From: Azolla caroliniana
Taxonomy: Eukaryota > Plantae > Polypodiophyta
Reading direction: 5' to 3'
NCBI GenBank assembly: GCA_043228905.1
Contig: JBHGNT010000007.1
Location: 8,494,001 to 8,558,000 of the forward strand
DNA length: 64,000 bases
Shown here: piece by piece, positions 63,073-64,000 of the stretch
Layout: each line of letters starts with the position of its first letter
How positions within the stretch are numbered: the first letter of the stretch is position 1
Translations under genes and position numbers: made by a program
The notes under the pieces: model-generated
The model's input: only the letters and a program-made list of their open reading frames with translations
Database searches by the model: none
What the model was told of the DNA's origin: nothing

Positions 63073-64000
63073 TGTACATAGTAGGCACAAGCCTTAACCA
63101 CTCGGCCAACGTGACTTGATAAAACGTAAATTGAAACTACTTATAAAATTAAGGGAAATTAAATTGTACTACTCCGATATTGTTTTCACAGCAAGAAATA
63201 TAACAAATGACAATAGTAACACAAATCTTTAGAAGAATTCACATTCATCCTTTAGAAGAATTCATAGGTTAAATGTTTAGGGAAAATAAATAGTACTACT
63301 TAAATATTGATTTCACACCAAGAAATATAAGCAATGAAAATTGTGACGCAAATCTTTTCAAGCAATCACATGTAACCCTTCAACTCTTTGGATGTATGGA
63401 AACATAGTATTCCAAGAAGTCATCACCTCAAAGATTAGAACTCTCCCTAGGAGACCCCATGTAGTTAGCAGGCACACGCCTTACCCACTCGGCCAAAGTG
63501 ACTTGATAAGCTTAACTACTAGTTATTAAATTAAGGGAAATTAAATAGTAATACTATGATATTGTTTTCACAACAAGAAATATAACCAATGACAATAGTG
63601 ACACAAATCTTTCGAAGCAATCAAATGCATCCTTTCCATTTTTTGGATGTATGGAAACACAGTCTACTCGCAAGAAAGTTTAAATGTTTAGGGAAATTGA
63701 ATACTACTACTTCGATATTGATTTCACACTAAGAAATAAAACCAATGACAATAGTGACATAAATCTTTCGAAGCAATCTCATGCATCCTTTCCGTAATTT
63801 GGATGTATGGAAACACAGTCTACTCGCGAGAAAGGTTAAATGTTTAGGGAAAATAAATAGTAATACTTCAATATTAATTTCAAACCAAGAAATATACGCA
63901 ATAACAATAGTGCCACAAATCTTTCGAAGCAATCACATGTAACCCTTCCGTTCTTTGGATGTATAGAAACACAGTCTACTTGCGGAAAACTTGAAATGTT
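63073..64000 (-). repeat. Same satellite in inverted orientation
   Basis: Reverse tRNA-like copies at 63073-63115 and 63421-63502; 63641-64000 is the reverse complement of 62708-63067. Confidence 0.93.

Overview
Gene-free, repeat-only eukaryotic DNA, most likely heterochromatin of a non-seed land plant such as a moss (inferred from Tcn1-like chromoviruses and a plant-type tRNA-Ser). The background is an AT-rich satellite with a ~156-bp monomer that carries roughly 45 whole or partial tRNA-Ser(GCT) copies (1-451, ~29219-44070, 57627-64000). It includes a homogenised 1403-bp higher-order block and an inversion near 63070. Nested in it are two overlapping partial copies of a non-chromoviral Ty3/Gypsy element (minus strand, extra ORF after pol) whose outer LTR ends rebuild a single insertion site inside a tRNA-Ser copy. 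Also present: a tRNA-Trp-primed gag-only element, three Tcn1-like chromoviruses, a solo LTR, a solo-LTR-like insert, a 1-kb tRNA-Ala-primed TRIM-like element with a 4-bp TSD, and a very young, almost intact Ty1/Copia. Best leads: (i) a tRNA-Arg primer-binding site at both internal ends of the large Gypsy, one sitting where the PPT should be; (ii) an antisense tRNA-like A/B-box pair with identical 44-nt spacing in the U3 of three divergent chromovirus LTR families; (iii) the tRNA-bearing satellite. All coordinates and mismatch counts were read by eye; no searches were run.
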